Assembly (NCBI GenBank): GCA_010405405.1
Contig: MU004234.1
Span: 1,267,275 to 1,331,274 of the forward strand
DNA length: 64,000 nucleotides
Direction of reading: 5' to 3'
Source of the DNA: Microthyrium microscopicum
Taxonomy: Eukaryota
Position numbers and translations under genes: made by a program. The notes under the pieces were generated by a model. That model made no database searches and had not been told where the DNA came from. It saw nothing but the letters and a program-made list of their open reading frames with translations. Position 1 is the first letter of the stretch, and the number at the start of each line of letters is the position of its first letter. Shown here in pieces: positions 12,572-24,771 of the stretch.

Positions 12572-14494
12572 ATGAGCAACAACTCGATACAGGCACGCAT
12601 AGCGGCCCTGAACCTGAATCAGGTTGCGAAAACGCCTATGAGCCCACCTCCTTCGTACGAAGAAAACGTTCCTATACAACCAGCACGAAACCCAAAAGGC
12701 CCACCCCCTCCTCTTCCATCGAGACCTCCGCGCCCAAGCGGCACAGCACCGAGCAGTGTTGCTTCTTACAGCAATGTAAATAGCCCGCGAATATCCTTAC
12801 ATCCTCCTCCTACACCGAGTAGCGTTTATGGCTCCGATGTGGGGGAAGACCGTCCACAATTACCACCGCGCCGGCCGTCTGCTGCAAGCACGGAAGGTTC
12901 TCCAGCTTTACCACCACGACGACCGTCGCGGCCAGGTTCGACAGTCAGTAGACCTTCTTCGACCTTTCATCAAAGAAGAAGTTCAATCGAATCGAATGCT
13001 TCGGTGTTCTCCGCAACTTCAGGAGTTAGCACGGCAAGCAAACGACGCGTTCTGGCCCCAGACTATGATCCTTCAAGTCTTCCACCCCTACCTGTTCGAC
13101 GGCCAACAGAACCGGTGGAAGAGACTCCTAGATTACCCTTGAGGCCGACAATATCTTCGCCGAACGTACCCTTACAACAGGAGTATGGAAATGGCCAGAG
13201 TCAACCACCGCCGCTTCCTGGAAGACCTCGCTTGCCCGGTCGGCCTAACGCGCAGTCAGCTCGCTCTGATACAGCATCGCCCCCTCCAGTTCCGTTATCT
13301 TCACGACCGAACCTCGCCGGTCTACAAGCCTCAAAACCAAAGGCTACCGCCAATGGTAATGGCAATCGCGGTGACGCTCACAACTCGTGCTTGATCTGTC
13401 GCGACTTTTCCGCACCAGACAATCACGCTGCTCAATACCCTCGCCAATCTTTAAGGTCGCATGACATTGGCTGGCTAGCAAATGAACTGTGTGCTCCGTT
13501 TCCAAGTGTTACGGACAAGGCGCGAGCAATCTTCACCTGGCTCCATCACAACATCTCCTATAACACGCAAGCGTTCTTCTCCAATAATGTGAGAGGCTCC
13601 ACTCCAGCGAGTACTCTGCAGACTGGTTTGGCTGTATGTGAAGGTTATGCTGCACTATTTGCCGCCTTGGCCGTAGCAGCAGGAGTGGAAGCCATTATGG
13701 TGACTGGCCACGGCAAAGGTACGAGGGCGAGTCGTCTTGGTTGCGATAATATTGGCTAATTTCCAAATCTCTTAGGTATCGGCTACGACTCACCGAGCCG
13801 CAATAATATACCTCCTGCTAATCCTACGGGCCACGCCTGGAACGCTTTCAGACTAGACACTGGCGAATGGAAATTGACTGATCCTTGTTGGGGAGCTGGT
13901 CACATAAGGTCTGGCACACAGGCATACAACAAATCGTTTAATGCCATGAGGTTCACTCAGTCGAACGAAGATTTCGGTATCGATCACTTCCCCGATAAGC
14001 CGGGCTACTTCTTCCGTGCGGACGGTCGCTCTCTCACGTGGGCTGAATATATTCTTTCTGATGTGGATATGCCCAAAACAATGGGAAGTTGGGAGAGCGA
14101 AGGCTGGCGACGACTGAGCATTGAGCCTCAGGCCAAGGTACTACGTCCAGGTGGCAACGATACTATTCGCTTTGCATTCACGGATGTGTGTGCTCACTGG
14201 GATAACGAACGCATTGGTCCAGGTAAACGGTATTTGCCATTCCTCGAATACCAGGGGCGAGGAGACTCGAAAAAGGAGCAAAAGCCATTTAACCAAGACG
14301 GCTTTAATTACTGGCTTGATATACCAAGATCAGAGCTCGGTAGACCAGGCCAAGAAGTCAAAATAATCTACATGAGTGAGACCGACGGCAAAGACGCCAG
14401 AGGACTCACGAAGGAGGCATATGAGCGATGGATGGCAGCGCCAGTTGGAAAGAGTTGGGCGTGGTCTATCATCTGTGCCTGGAAACTAGTCTAA
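12572..14494 (+). CDS. Transglutaminase-like (Cyk3/kyphoscoliosis peptidase-type) domain protein with a Pro-rich N-terminus
   Basis: ATG at 12572, intron 13719-13775. Triad motifs AVCEGYA, HAWN and DPCWGAG; many PPLPxR (SH3-ligand-like) motifs. Confidence 0.85.
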
Positions 14495-14568
14495 ACATCT
14501 AACGTTTTTGGAGAAACACAGCTTGACTGCAGTTTCTTTACTAATGAATATACATGGCCTAATGTTTC

Positions 14569-15304
14569 TCAACTGCTTTCCTTCAGTATCTGTCCCAGCG
14601 CCTTCTCATACTCTTCCACCTCCTTGGCCCCTTCAAGCGTAATATCTCGCTTCTTCCCTTCAAAAATGATATGCGGCACCGAATCGATCCCATTACTCAC
14701 CGCTTCCCTTATCTCTTGCTTCGCTTCCATCAATCCCTCATCCTGGTCTTCAACTATCCGCTTTGCCACATCTTCTGGTACGCCTCCTTCTGTACATGCT
14801 TTGAGTAGCGTCTCTTCACTGGATGGATGTTGCTCCTCTTCGAAATACATTCGATATAACGACTCCACCACCGCCAACGCTTTCTCTTCTCCCATGCTCC
14901 TTTGCACCACGCCCACTACCCGATGCGCTTGTAATGTATTTGCCATAATACCACCAAATTTGAAGTCTAAGCCTGCTTTGCGCCCATAGCTGCCCATGAT
15001 GGCCATGTACTGGCGCATCTTATCATCTGGGTAACGCTTGGAGTACCACGCGTGTTTGTCTTCACCTTCATGTGAGAATTCGGGGTGTAGTTGGTAGGGA
15101 AAAATGCGCAGGTGGAATGTTATTGGTGCGGAAGGGTTGGCGGCGCGGAAGTTAGATAGGGCGGTGGTGAGGCGGCGGAGCGCCAGGTATGTCCTGTTTA
15201 GGACAGTTGTTTAGTTCGTGGTATGTATGGATGGGGAAAGGAGAGGCTAGGTACCAGGGACATATCGTGTCCAGAGTGAATGATATTGTTGAATTGTATG
15301 TCAT
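14569..15304 (-). CDS. DsbA/FrnE-like thioredoxin-fold protein
   Basis: MTYNSTISFTLDTICPW|TY (intron about 15254-15194), PYQLHP, NTLQAHR and GIDSVPHIIF motifs. Confidence 0.85.
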
Positions 15305-16534
15305 TTTGGAAGCTCCGTAAGGGGTTGTATTTGGTATATGGTGTCGAATCGCCTGGAATATATCGCGAGTTTGAATGCTGGCGGGCTGATGGTGTTGATC
15401 ACTGAATAGTACTAAACACTCTCAGTTGCGCCGATCCAATCAATTACAGGGTCTAGAAACGTCATCATGCATGTTTACAATTTATATCAAAAGGGACTAC
15501 TCCTCCGTAACTGTACTTGTGCCCCTTTTCACCATTTGAAATATCTTCCAAGTTTGCGACAAATCAACGGGTAGATGAATTTGCACTGCTAGGCGACTGA
15601 ATGGTATGCCTCTATCACTCTTGGTGTTGCTGGCCCTATTTTGGAGACACCGACAGTGTAGAGACATTGTTTATCCTATCACGGTAAAGCATAAGAAAGT
15701 TGAAAAAAGACTGTTCTCTACATGACGGTACGAGAGAAGCAATGAGAACAGGTTATGTTATGCCATCTCATTCCTATCAGGGCTTGAAAAGGGTATGGAG
15801 GTCAGTGAGCATGCAGTCATAATCCGCTCAGTCGTGTATCTCCAAAAATACAACCTGAGGCAGCTATCAATTTCGATAGCCGTATCTTAGAGGATATCCT
15901 CGCATCAATAAAATTTGCAACAGAAATGTCTGCGAAAGCCGCATTTGGAACTTGGCATAGCCTTACTCAGTTTATTCAGTTGATAACCTGCTTCCATCAA
16001 GCATACCCCTAGGTATACCTCATGTCTGGCATTTGGAGTTCCTCAATTGGCTAGGTAGTGTTCTATCAGCGCCAATTCAAAATTCTTTCGGACTTGGCAG
16101 ACTATAATACGTTCTCCTATTGTATCCCTTCCACGACAATTATTGTTACACTGCCGATTGGATTTCACGATCTTAGCCCCCGAACCTTGTCAATCATTCA
16201 CCTTGTCCGATGGTTTCATGTTCAGCCTTAAGAGCCAAGAAAGCAAACTTTAGCTTTGGCTGCATGTCATCCAATGAGCTTCTTATTCACTTGACCGGAA
16301 CTGGAACATTCAACAGCTTTGTGAAAACAAACCTCGTGCGAAAAATTATATGGCTTTGCTTGCTCTTGTTGCTTGCTCAGCCTCTCTACACGCCAATTGA
16401 AAAGATGACATGGAACTCTTTTCCGATGCTATAGATGCAGGAAGACCTTTCTGGCCCATCACTTCAGCTTTTTGTCAGAGACGTCACTTTCTACAGTCTT
16501 TTCTATTGCTCCGTATTTCTTAGGTACTACCATC

Positions 16535-16953
16535 ATGAAGTTTGAAATTGTTCTACTCGTCAGCCTGAACGCCATCGGCATCTTTGCAGATTCCATGGTC
16601 GATATTTCTAAGCGTACAGCTTATAGGGAGCTCAACGACATCATGAAACGTTGCGTTGGCAGTTGCACCAGCTGCTTTGGACCAAATGCAGTCCAATGCA
16701 GTGCTAGCACCTGCTATATACTAGCAGATGGCGAGTCTTGCTGTGCATCAGGCTGTAAGTCACCCAAACATTACTCAAGCTACAGTTTGTGACAAATTGA
16801 GGGTACTGTCCTAAGGACACTTACTGTATTGATGGCAACAGATGCTGCCCCAATGGAAAGAGTCTGGCCGAATGCAAAGCCGTGAGCTCGGTTTCAGTCA
16901 TTACCCCTGGACGGTTCAACAATCGTCCGCTAATGTTCTTGTCATTCAACTGA
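16535..16953 (+). CDS. Small secreted Cys-rich protein, possibly truncated or degenerate
   Basis: Signal-peptide-like MKFEIVLLVSLNAIGIFA, KR sites, then CVGSCTSCFG..QC..TCY..ESCC. After intron 16755-16801 (non-standard GAG acceptor) it reads WYCPKDTYCIDGNRCCPNGKSLAEC. The 3' end is uncertain. Confidence 0.5.
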
Positions 16954-17348
16954 TCTTTGACATCGAGGAAGGTTTTCCTCCAGACAATTGGCCGATAGAG
17001 ATTTTCTGGAGATGGCACTGGCTAGAAATCAGCTCATAATTGGTAGTTTTCTTTTACAAAAAGGGAGGGTGTTCAGCCAGCGCTGCCAACGCAATTGCGA
17101 ATGCACTAGGATTTCGAAATCAACGACGACAAGGGAAGGACCCAGAGGACCGTTATATTTTCAGACAACTTTTACAACTATACCAATCGCCAATATGTAT
17201 GTGATCAAAAGGTGGCCATTCTAAGCTTCAAAGAAACTCAAGCCATTACAGGAAGAGAACAACATCCAACCCGCCATCGACATCATCGACCATGTCCCAC
17301 CATTGTCAAATCCAATTGACTGTGGACTTGTGTAGTCAAGCCCATACT

Positions 17349-17822
17349 CTAGGTGCGGTAGGTAATTGGAGCAGCGAGGTTGGCAGAGCAGCTTTGGGAC
17401 TGGAGAAGATGTCAGCACTGGAAACCATCCGAGTGGAAAGGGACTTACACCGCTGTTATCGACACCGGCAACGTTGTTGTTGCAGCAGACGACGACGCTG
17501 TTGCACTGAACAGAGCTGCCCTTCATGGCAGAGCAAGTAGTACCTGTTTTTATCAATGTCAACTAAGCTCCGCTTGAATTCACCCGAGTCGAGAATATCA
17601 CTTACCCTTGCCAGTCTGAGCGAAGAGGTTGTCAGAGTTCTGGTCAGTTGGAGAGCAGCAGAACGGAGCGCCGGAGCTGCACTGGATGTTCTGGACATTG
17701 TAGGTTGGCACAGTGGGGCGCTGAGGAGGAGCTGGGGCTGCTGGGCGAGGAGGAGCGGCGGCGGCGGCGGCGAAGCCTGTGAAGGCGAGGTAGGCAACGA
17801 TGGAAGCTTGAGTGAGTTGCAT
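17349..17822 (-). CDS. Hydrophobin, class I cysteine spacing
   Basis: Signal peptide and Pro/Ala linker; introns 17605-17544 and 17448-17400. The spliced product has 8 Cys spaced C-X6-CC-X19-C-X9-C-X5-CC-X14-C and ends SQSCSANLAAPITYRT*. Confidence 0.85.
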
Positions 17823-18971
17823 GGTGATGGTTGATGGGTGAGATTGGAATGAGTGGTTGAAGGTAATGTTGTTGGTTTGGAAACGATTGTGACGTTGTAG
17901 TGAATGGCTTGGTTGGTGATCTGACTGAAAAAGTGGGAGAAGAGCCGCGCTTTATACAGACGGATCTCACACTTCTTCCCCGATAAGCTGGCAATATTGC
18001 ATCGAAGACACTTTTAGATCCTCCTGTTTCTCTCCAGGGCTGGAACGGAGGAGGAGGCTAAAGCAGGCCTGTTGCAGACCATATTTTTCAGCTCTGTTGA
18101 TGTTTTATTTACTTTTCAGGGGGGCCACAAAGAACATAAACCCACCATCTTCAGCAGGTTCTGATCTTATTGCTTCCTGATCAGCCTTCCCATCAAGTAT
18201 TGGCGAGCTGAGGTCATGTAATGAGGGGATACAAAGAGTTTAATTGTGCTTTTTGTCAGCTACAATGTTGGCTCTATTGGTTTCACACCAGCTTATGGTA
18301 TACCGTCAGTATAAGTCACTGAGACCTTCTCGAATGGGAAGAACGATGTCCATCCACTGAACACTGGCAATGTCTTCGAGAATTGATCTTCTTCTGTATT
18401 CAGTTGCAGCAAATCATTCTACTCACTATTCGTACAGACCACCTAGCATTTCTCAACAGCAGCTAGCTTCCCGAGACATGGAGAAACCAATCCATTAAAC
18501 AGACCTTGACAGACACATGGAAGCCAATAAACTATGTAGTTTGGATTGATAGCTTAACGGACGTTGCGAACGAAGGAACGATGAAATCATTCGATTCTGA
18601 AAATAGCTCGAGCTGGAAAGCCGAAAGCAATGAGGAGTTGCGATCAATATTGCAATATTGGGCTAGCAATTCAATATCCAAGGGTTGGAACCTTCAGCTG
18701 AGGCTCACATACTTTTATGAAAGATCCAAACAGGTAGCTAACTTGCGAAGGATCGGCAATCCATTTTGAAGAGCTGCGCAAAGCAAAGTCGCTGTTTCTG
18801 CGATAAAGATTGTAATATATGGCACTGCTGCCCGCCGTCTGCAAACAGTTACCATCACTTCAAATAGAGACGTTACCCTCCCAGCTATTCAACGAATCAT
18901 TCAAGCTTGCATCCTCATTCGCTTTTGCTGTTCATCAAATCAGCACCTTCCAGTCTTTACTTTCATTCATC

Positions 18972-19570
18972 ATGTCTTTCTCCATCCGCGTTCTCTCAGT
19001 CACTTTCCTCTTGGTCATCAGTGTCACGGCACTTCCCGCCGTCAACAACACCGGTCTTGCCCAAGTCAACATCACCATCCCCGAAGTCGTTGTTCCAAAG
19101 CTCAGTATTCCCAACACTGCCGAAGTGGAAATCAACAAGCGCAAAATCCCAGCCATGCCCTCCATGCCACCAATTACCTCTCTACCTTCGATTGTCAACG
19201 GCGTGAACCCAAGCTCAGCAGCCGGTTGCTCCAACAGCTCTAACCAGCAGAGCAACCAATGCTCGAGTGGTGTTCCATACTGCTGCAGCCCAGATGGCGA
19301 TGGTGGTACGTTTGCTTCTAGGTAACCAAGGGGCGACCGCTAATGTATGTTTGACAGGACACAATTGTGAGAATAGTGCGGTCAACTGCAAGCAGACTGT
19401 CATCTGTTGCAATAATGGCGGTGGAGTGAGTGTTATTCATCGAGGAGAAGTCTTGTTTGCTAACAATAGTGCAGATGCAATTGTGTTTGGGAAACATTGA
19501 CTTCAACATGCCAATCACACTGAATGTCAATATGAAGAAGCGTCGTAGCGTTGCGCCCCCTGATTTGTAG
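18972..19570 (+). CDS. Hydrophobin-like secreted protein with a long N-terminal extension
   Basis: Signal peptide and KR site; introns 19306-19357 and 19426-19474. Cys pattern C-X6-CC-X9-C-X6-C-X5-CC-X8-C plus one extra upstream Cys. Confidence 0.8.
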
Positions 19571-21528
19571 ACTTCTCAAATGACCTTGCGTTGGAATCCA
19601 TCTTTTTTACTATACCTTTTAATGCATATTATCTTCATCTACTTCAGTCATTTGATTTGTCGCACGGCTGGAATTTGATACTTCCACTGCAAGAACTTGA
19701 GGTGGTACAACGTTGTCCCACATTCAGCAGATATCAGTTTGTTTTTTATCAAAAGGTTGTTTGTAAGATTTCCTGTAATACCAAGAAGTTTGTACATTTG
19801 TTATCTGTAGCAACCAGCGGCGCTATGAAAATTCTCTTCTGCCACACTTGATCTTGATAATAAGACCCCAAACTTGCACCTCAGTTCTGGCCACTGAGGT
19901 ATCGCTTCGTGGACAAAATAAGTGAGCCGTTTCGACAACTACTCCCATCGATTGTGGTGGCTGCCATAACACTTCTTAAAGAGTCATTGCTTTAGTTCCC
20001 ATTAGCGTCGAAAGATTTATATCTAATTATTAAATATGATGGTAATTAGCGTAGCCACTCTTTAAGAAGTGTTATCGTAGCCATTGCAGTCAATGAGAGT
20101 AGTCGTCGAAACGGCTCACTCGTTTTGTCCGTCGAAAGGGTATGTACCTACGGTGGATATATTGACCGGTAGAAAGCCATTGGGATTGCGACCTATCGCA
20201 AAGAAATATATCCAACATCAGTCGCAGATAACCCAGGTGTCTTGTTCTAGTAGGGCTCGATGCCTGAAAGATCCTTCGCTGTATCCCTTTTTTACCTGAC
20301 TTGCCCTCCTGGGCGCTCGCAGAATGATAGTCTGTGGTGATTCAGGAGTTGACCGTTGCAGGCATAATACTACACCTCCATGAAGAATCGCAGTTTCCAA
20401 ATACAGCCTGCACCTACCACGTTCCAACCTGCGACAACCTAAGTATGGCAATTTTGAAACTCTATTAGACATTACTGTAGCTCTACTACACCTCTACCGC
20501 ACAGCCGCAGAGCGTATCGCTCTTGCTTTCCTACACCTTAACGGGAATTAATGAGCTCGAGAGCTTCATTGACGTCTTTGCGATCTTGGATCGAGCTCTA
20601 GACTCTTTCGCATCAAGTCTTCTGCTCGATATACCGATTTAGCGATTTTTGTTTCTTCTGAAAACTTCTATCCTCGCCTCCACAAATCCAACAAATTATA
20701 CATCCTCATCATTTTTAGACTATTATATCGTGATATTTTTCCAGATTTATACTTGCCCAATCTGCACATGGTGTAGCGTATTGTTCTTTATCGGTAGCTC
20801 ACCTCAACTTTTGATATCATGGATGGCAGGTCGTGTTCTTTCTAGGTGCTGATAGAGGTGCCCGGTACGTACTACGTACCTTCCTTATACTACATACCCG
20901 GACAGGAGTAGCGAAGTCTCAGTTCACTTTGCGCCTTCCTTTTCTTGGGGCGAGCTTCAAATTGCCGCCTTTCATGCGCTACAGCACCTTTACAAGATGA
21001 TACTGCTCGCCTTCGCCTTCATTCCGGTGTTCGAAAATGGGCTAGTGCAGTTTCGATGTCACCTATTGTCCTCGATATGTTGGACCAAGCTCGAAACTCT
21101 GTCGCATTTAAGCCCACGGAATCTTCTCAACCATCTCCCTCAGCAACCTCCTTCCTTACCGCAATTCCATCACATCGTCCTTCATTGTAATTCTGTTCGC
21201 TGATCACGATCATACCATTACTTTACGTCAACCGCATAATCAGTTTCGCAAAGCCGACCATCGAAACTGCTCTGTCTTGAGTTTGCTTGGAACTGTGTTC
21301 AAGGGGCCTGACGCAAGTCAATTTCATTCTTCAGCAATATAACTCTTTACACGGAATTTTACAAAACCGTTGCTCACATTTGTCGCGGAGAGAACTAGCA
21401 AGACATGTGTGCCAATCGTCAGGTGGGCATTCCTCTCATAGGTCTTTGTATTTCTGCCTCTGGCTATTAAGACTAACTGAATTTTGTAGGCAGCACCAAT
21501 CGAGGCCCTTCCACTAGAGCTCCTCACT

Positions 21529-22461
21529 ATGGTTGTGAGAAAGCTTGATGGCATCGTCGAGTATTACATGCTTGAGGCTAGCTCTCCAATTCTCAAATAC
21601 AAGATGGCTGGCCTCGCCGACGACATCATGGAAGATTTTGAAAAGGAAGATCTCGCTGAAGAGATTGCCCAACTTCCTTTCAAGCAACGTCGAAAGATCC
21701 TTGAGCAATGCGAGGAACTTCGAGTCTTGAAACGAATCGGAGATTGGGTCTTCCTTCCGCAAGATAACGAGATGTGCGACGAAGAGCTTGCCGAGCTTTG
21801 GAACACCTGGTCTTTCTTCCAAGAGAAAGCTCGCCCACCTTTAACAAATGGCCCTTACTCTAGTTTTCTGCTTTGCTACAACTGCGAAGAATATCTTGCT
21901 TCGGAACGCTTCTTGTGCCACATTGGACAAGCCATGACAGATCATGATGATGAAGACTACTGTATGGACGAATATGACAATGGCTTCGCTTACTTCCAGA
22001 GCTGGAAAGCGCAATGTGACACTGAGTTCAATTATATGAGCGATGAAGACTGGGAACAACAAGTGTTCTATGAGTGCAAGGAATATGCAGTTACGTATGT
22101 TCATCTGCTTACTCGTGTGGAACCAATAAATGCTAACTTGAACCAAAGTTCGTTCTGTTGGGACATAGGTATGCCAGTACCTCTAACGGCTTCAGAGCTA
22201 GAGGCGAGACGGGTCAAGCATTTGGGCTGCCCCAAAAATCGTTGTCGATTCTATGCCAAGGAGGAACTTGCTCACTATGGCTATCCGGGCCGCGGCTATC
22301 TAGTGGAGCCATGTAGTGGAGTAGCCGCCCCGTTGATAGATATCGAGGACAATGACGAGGGTGACAGTCACAATGGTGAAGATTGCAATGATGGTGATAA
22401 TAGCGGGGACGACGATACGGAGAGTGGTGGTAGCAGCAGCGAGAACGAGGATACCTACTGA
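21529..22461 (+). CDS. Hypothetical acidic protein; true 5' end probably upstream, possibly a damaged F-box-type gene
   Basis: 310-codon ORF with coding-like composition, CxxC and an Asp/Glu-rich tail. An intron-like segment at about 21423-21490 precedes it. Confidence 0.5.
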   Translation: MVVRKLDGIVEYYMLEASSPILKYKMAGLADDIMEDFEKEDLAEEIAQLPFKQRRKILEQCEELRVLKRIGDWVFLPQDNEMCDEELAELWNTWSFFQEKARPPLTNGPYSSFLLCYNCEEYLASERFLCHIGQAMTDHDDEDYCMDEYDNGFAYFQSWKAQCDTEFNYMSDEDWEQQVFYECKEYAVTYVHLLTRVEPINANLNQSSFCWDIGMPVPLTASELEARRVKHLGCPKNRCRFYAKEELAHYGYPGRGYLVEPCSGVAAPLIDIEDNDEGDSHNGEDCNDGDNSGDDDTESGGSSSENEDTY

Positions 22462-22473
22462 GGGTAGTGATGC

Positions 22474-22551
22474 CAGCGGCATGGCAAATTAAATGGCGTA
22501 CTCCCATCAACTCTGATGGCTACCACCAGTGCTGTTAACCAAAAGGTGCTT
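22474..22551 (+). repeat. MITE-like family copy 1 (left-arm fragment)
   Basis: cagcggcatggcaaattaaatggcgtactcccatcaactctgatggctaccaccagtgctgttaaccaaaaggtgctt matches the left ~80 bp of the element at 24336. Confidence 0.75.
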
Positions 22552-22750
22552 CAAAATTGATATGGCAAATGGTACAGTACGGAGCGAAAGCTCAGAGTGA
22601 AAGCCTCGCCCCGCCTTTACCTCCTGCTCACGTTTGACGAAAATCACATCCAGTCTGTTGATCCTGACCTCCAAACTGTTCTTTGATCCGCATGCAAGAC
22701 TAGCGCTTGATAGACTTGAGAAACTAGCGCATTCTAGAATCAAAGCCTTC

Positions 22751-24035
22751 ATGAATCGGTTGCTGGCTACTCAGAATCGGAGGGTGGTGGACCCCAATTT
22801 CACACATCAACTCCCCAAGATTGAGGTGAGATCATTCCTATGAGCGTTAGAGCTGAATGTATCCGCTTGAGACTGAGGAGAGGCTACGAATTGCGCCATG
22901 TCACTCAAAACTAATTCGATTTAGCTACATGCCCATTTGACTGGAAGCATAAGCCCACAGATTCTGCATCAAATATGGGCACAAAGGAAGACCCAAGACT
23001 CAAGTTTCATTCTCAACGACCCGTTGATTGAAATGTCGACAGAATTGGAACATTTTAATGTATCAGCGTGAGTTTTGCTTTCTTGTGAGGCGGCCATGAA
23101 CTAATCCATGTCTAGGTTCTTTCCATTGTTTGATACTTACATATACCTACGCCCTCGTCGATAATGTCGCGGCAATCAGAGTCTCTACGTTGTCCGTTCT
23201 CAACGGATTTATGGATGATGGAGTGCGATACCTTGAGCTTCGAACAACTCCGAGGGTTGTCCAAGCAAGTGGCATCACCAAGACAAGTCATATCTCTACA
23301 GTGCTTGACTGTATAGCGAATTTTAGATTGTCTACCAAGGATATCATGCCAACATATCTGATTTTGTCCATCGATCGCAGAAATACTCTTACCGAGGCCA
23401 TGGAGACAGTTGACCTCGCTATTCAATTTCGTTCTCAGGGCGTTGTAGGCTTAGATCTCTGCGGCAATCCTAGCAAAGGCAATATATCAATCTTTCGGCC
23501 TGCATTTGAAAAGGCCAAGGCAGCTGGTTTGCAGATAACACTACACTTTGCAGAGATCCCGGCATCATCAACCGAGGAAGAGCTTAGAACTTTGCTCTCT
23601 TACGAGCCAGGAAGACTAGGTCATGTAATCCATGTTCCTACCAGCATCATGCAAGAGATCACAACAAAGAGAATTGGCCTTGAACTTTGTCTATCATGCA
23701 ACGTCAATGCAAAACTTATATCCGGAGGATTTGGAGATCATCACTTCGGACAACTGTGGGCAACGGAAAGTCCCGTAATTCTTTGTGTATGTTGAATGAT
23801 CAATGATTCATTCTGTTCTATATAGTTACTGAAAAAGTTCCAGACTGACGACGTTGGCGTCTTCGGCAGTCCACTGTCGAATGAATGCTTTCTTGCAGCA
23901 AAGCATTTCGATCTCTCCAAAGAAGATCTTATTCAGCTGATGCGTAGATCTGCAACAGCAATCTTCTCTGGAGAAAGTGAGAAGAAAAAGCTTTTGCATA
24001 TCTTAGATGAGTTTCAAAAGAGCATGCAGCTGTGA
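22751..24035 (+). CDS. Adenosine deaminase-like protein (ADAL/Aah1 superfamily)
   Basis: LPKIE|LHAHLTGSI, DGVRYLELRTTPR, GLDLCGNP, TLHFAE, RLGH, ELCLSCN and C|TDDVGVF. Introns at about 22826-22924, 23068-23115 and 23788-23843. Confidence 0.9.
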
Positions 24036-24335
24036 CATTAACATGTTAGTTGACTTTGTGATGATGAATTACACGTTCAACGATTACATTTTTTGGCTGG
24101 AATGAGGCATGTTCTTCTTGAAATTCTATTGATTTGTTCAATAGAACATTAAATGCTAGCCTAGCAAGTTTTAGAGATAAAATTTCGAAAAGCCTTTTGG
24201 AAAATGATTTCTTGATGGCTTAACAGTAGGTCTAGAAGTCTGGAAACTGAGGACTAAAGAAAGCTGTGATTTGTTCTTGATACTGCTCCGTGTAGGGTTA
24301 TAGTAATATTACTAGTACTTATGTCGTATACATGG

Positions 24336-24552
24336 CAACGGCATGGCAAAATAAATAGCGTACTCCTATTAATTCTGATGGCTATTACTAGCGCTACTAA
24401 CTAAAAGGCGCTTAGATTCCTATCGTATTTAATAAGTAAATACTCCTAATCCGAACGCCCTTTATGGCAAATAAAGTACTTAATAACAGACCGTAGCCTT
24501 AAGGCGCCGTCAGAGTTGATGGGAGTACGCCATTTATTTTGCTATGCCATTG
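24336..24552. mobile_element. MITE-like element copy 2 (~217 bp, ~47-bp imperfect TIRs, RIP-like mutations)
   Basis: Left arm caacggcatggcaaaataaatagcgtactcctattaattctgatggc versus the reverse complement of the right arm caatggcatagcaaaataaatggcgtactcccatcaactctgacggc; AT-rich non-coding core. Confidence 0.8.
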
Positions 24553-24771
24553 ATGTGGGTTTCTTAATGTATGTTTTGAAGCAAACTCTTTGTGGAGTAA
24601 TCAACACGGGCCGGGGTCCAGTTTGCGGACCACCACGAAGACTCGAGTTACCCTGAGTGCTCACTTCTGTCGTCAACTTCAACTTCAAACCCTACCAGTC
24701 GTCCCATAACCTCAAAGCTATATCGCGTAACCATCCAGAACATTGGCTGGAGAAGTTGTTGAGCTGCAGAT

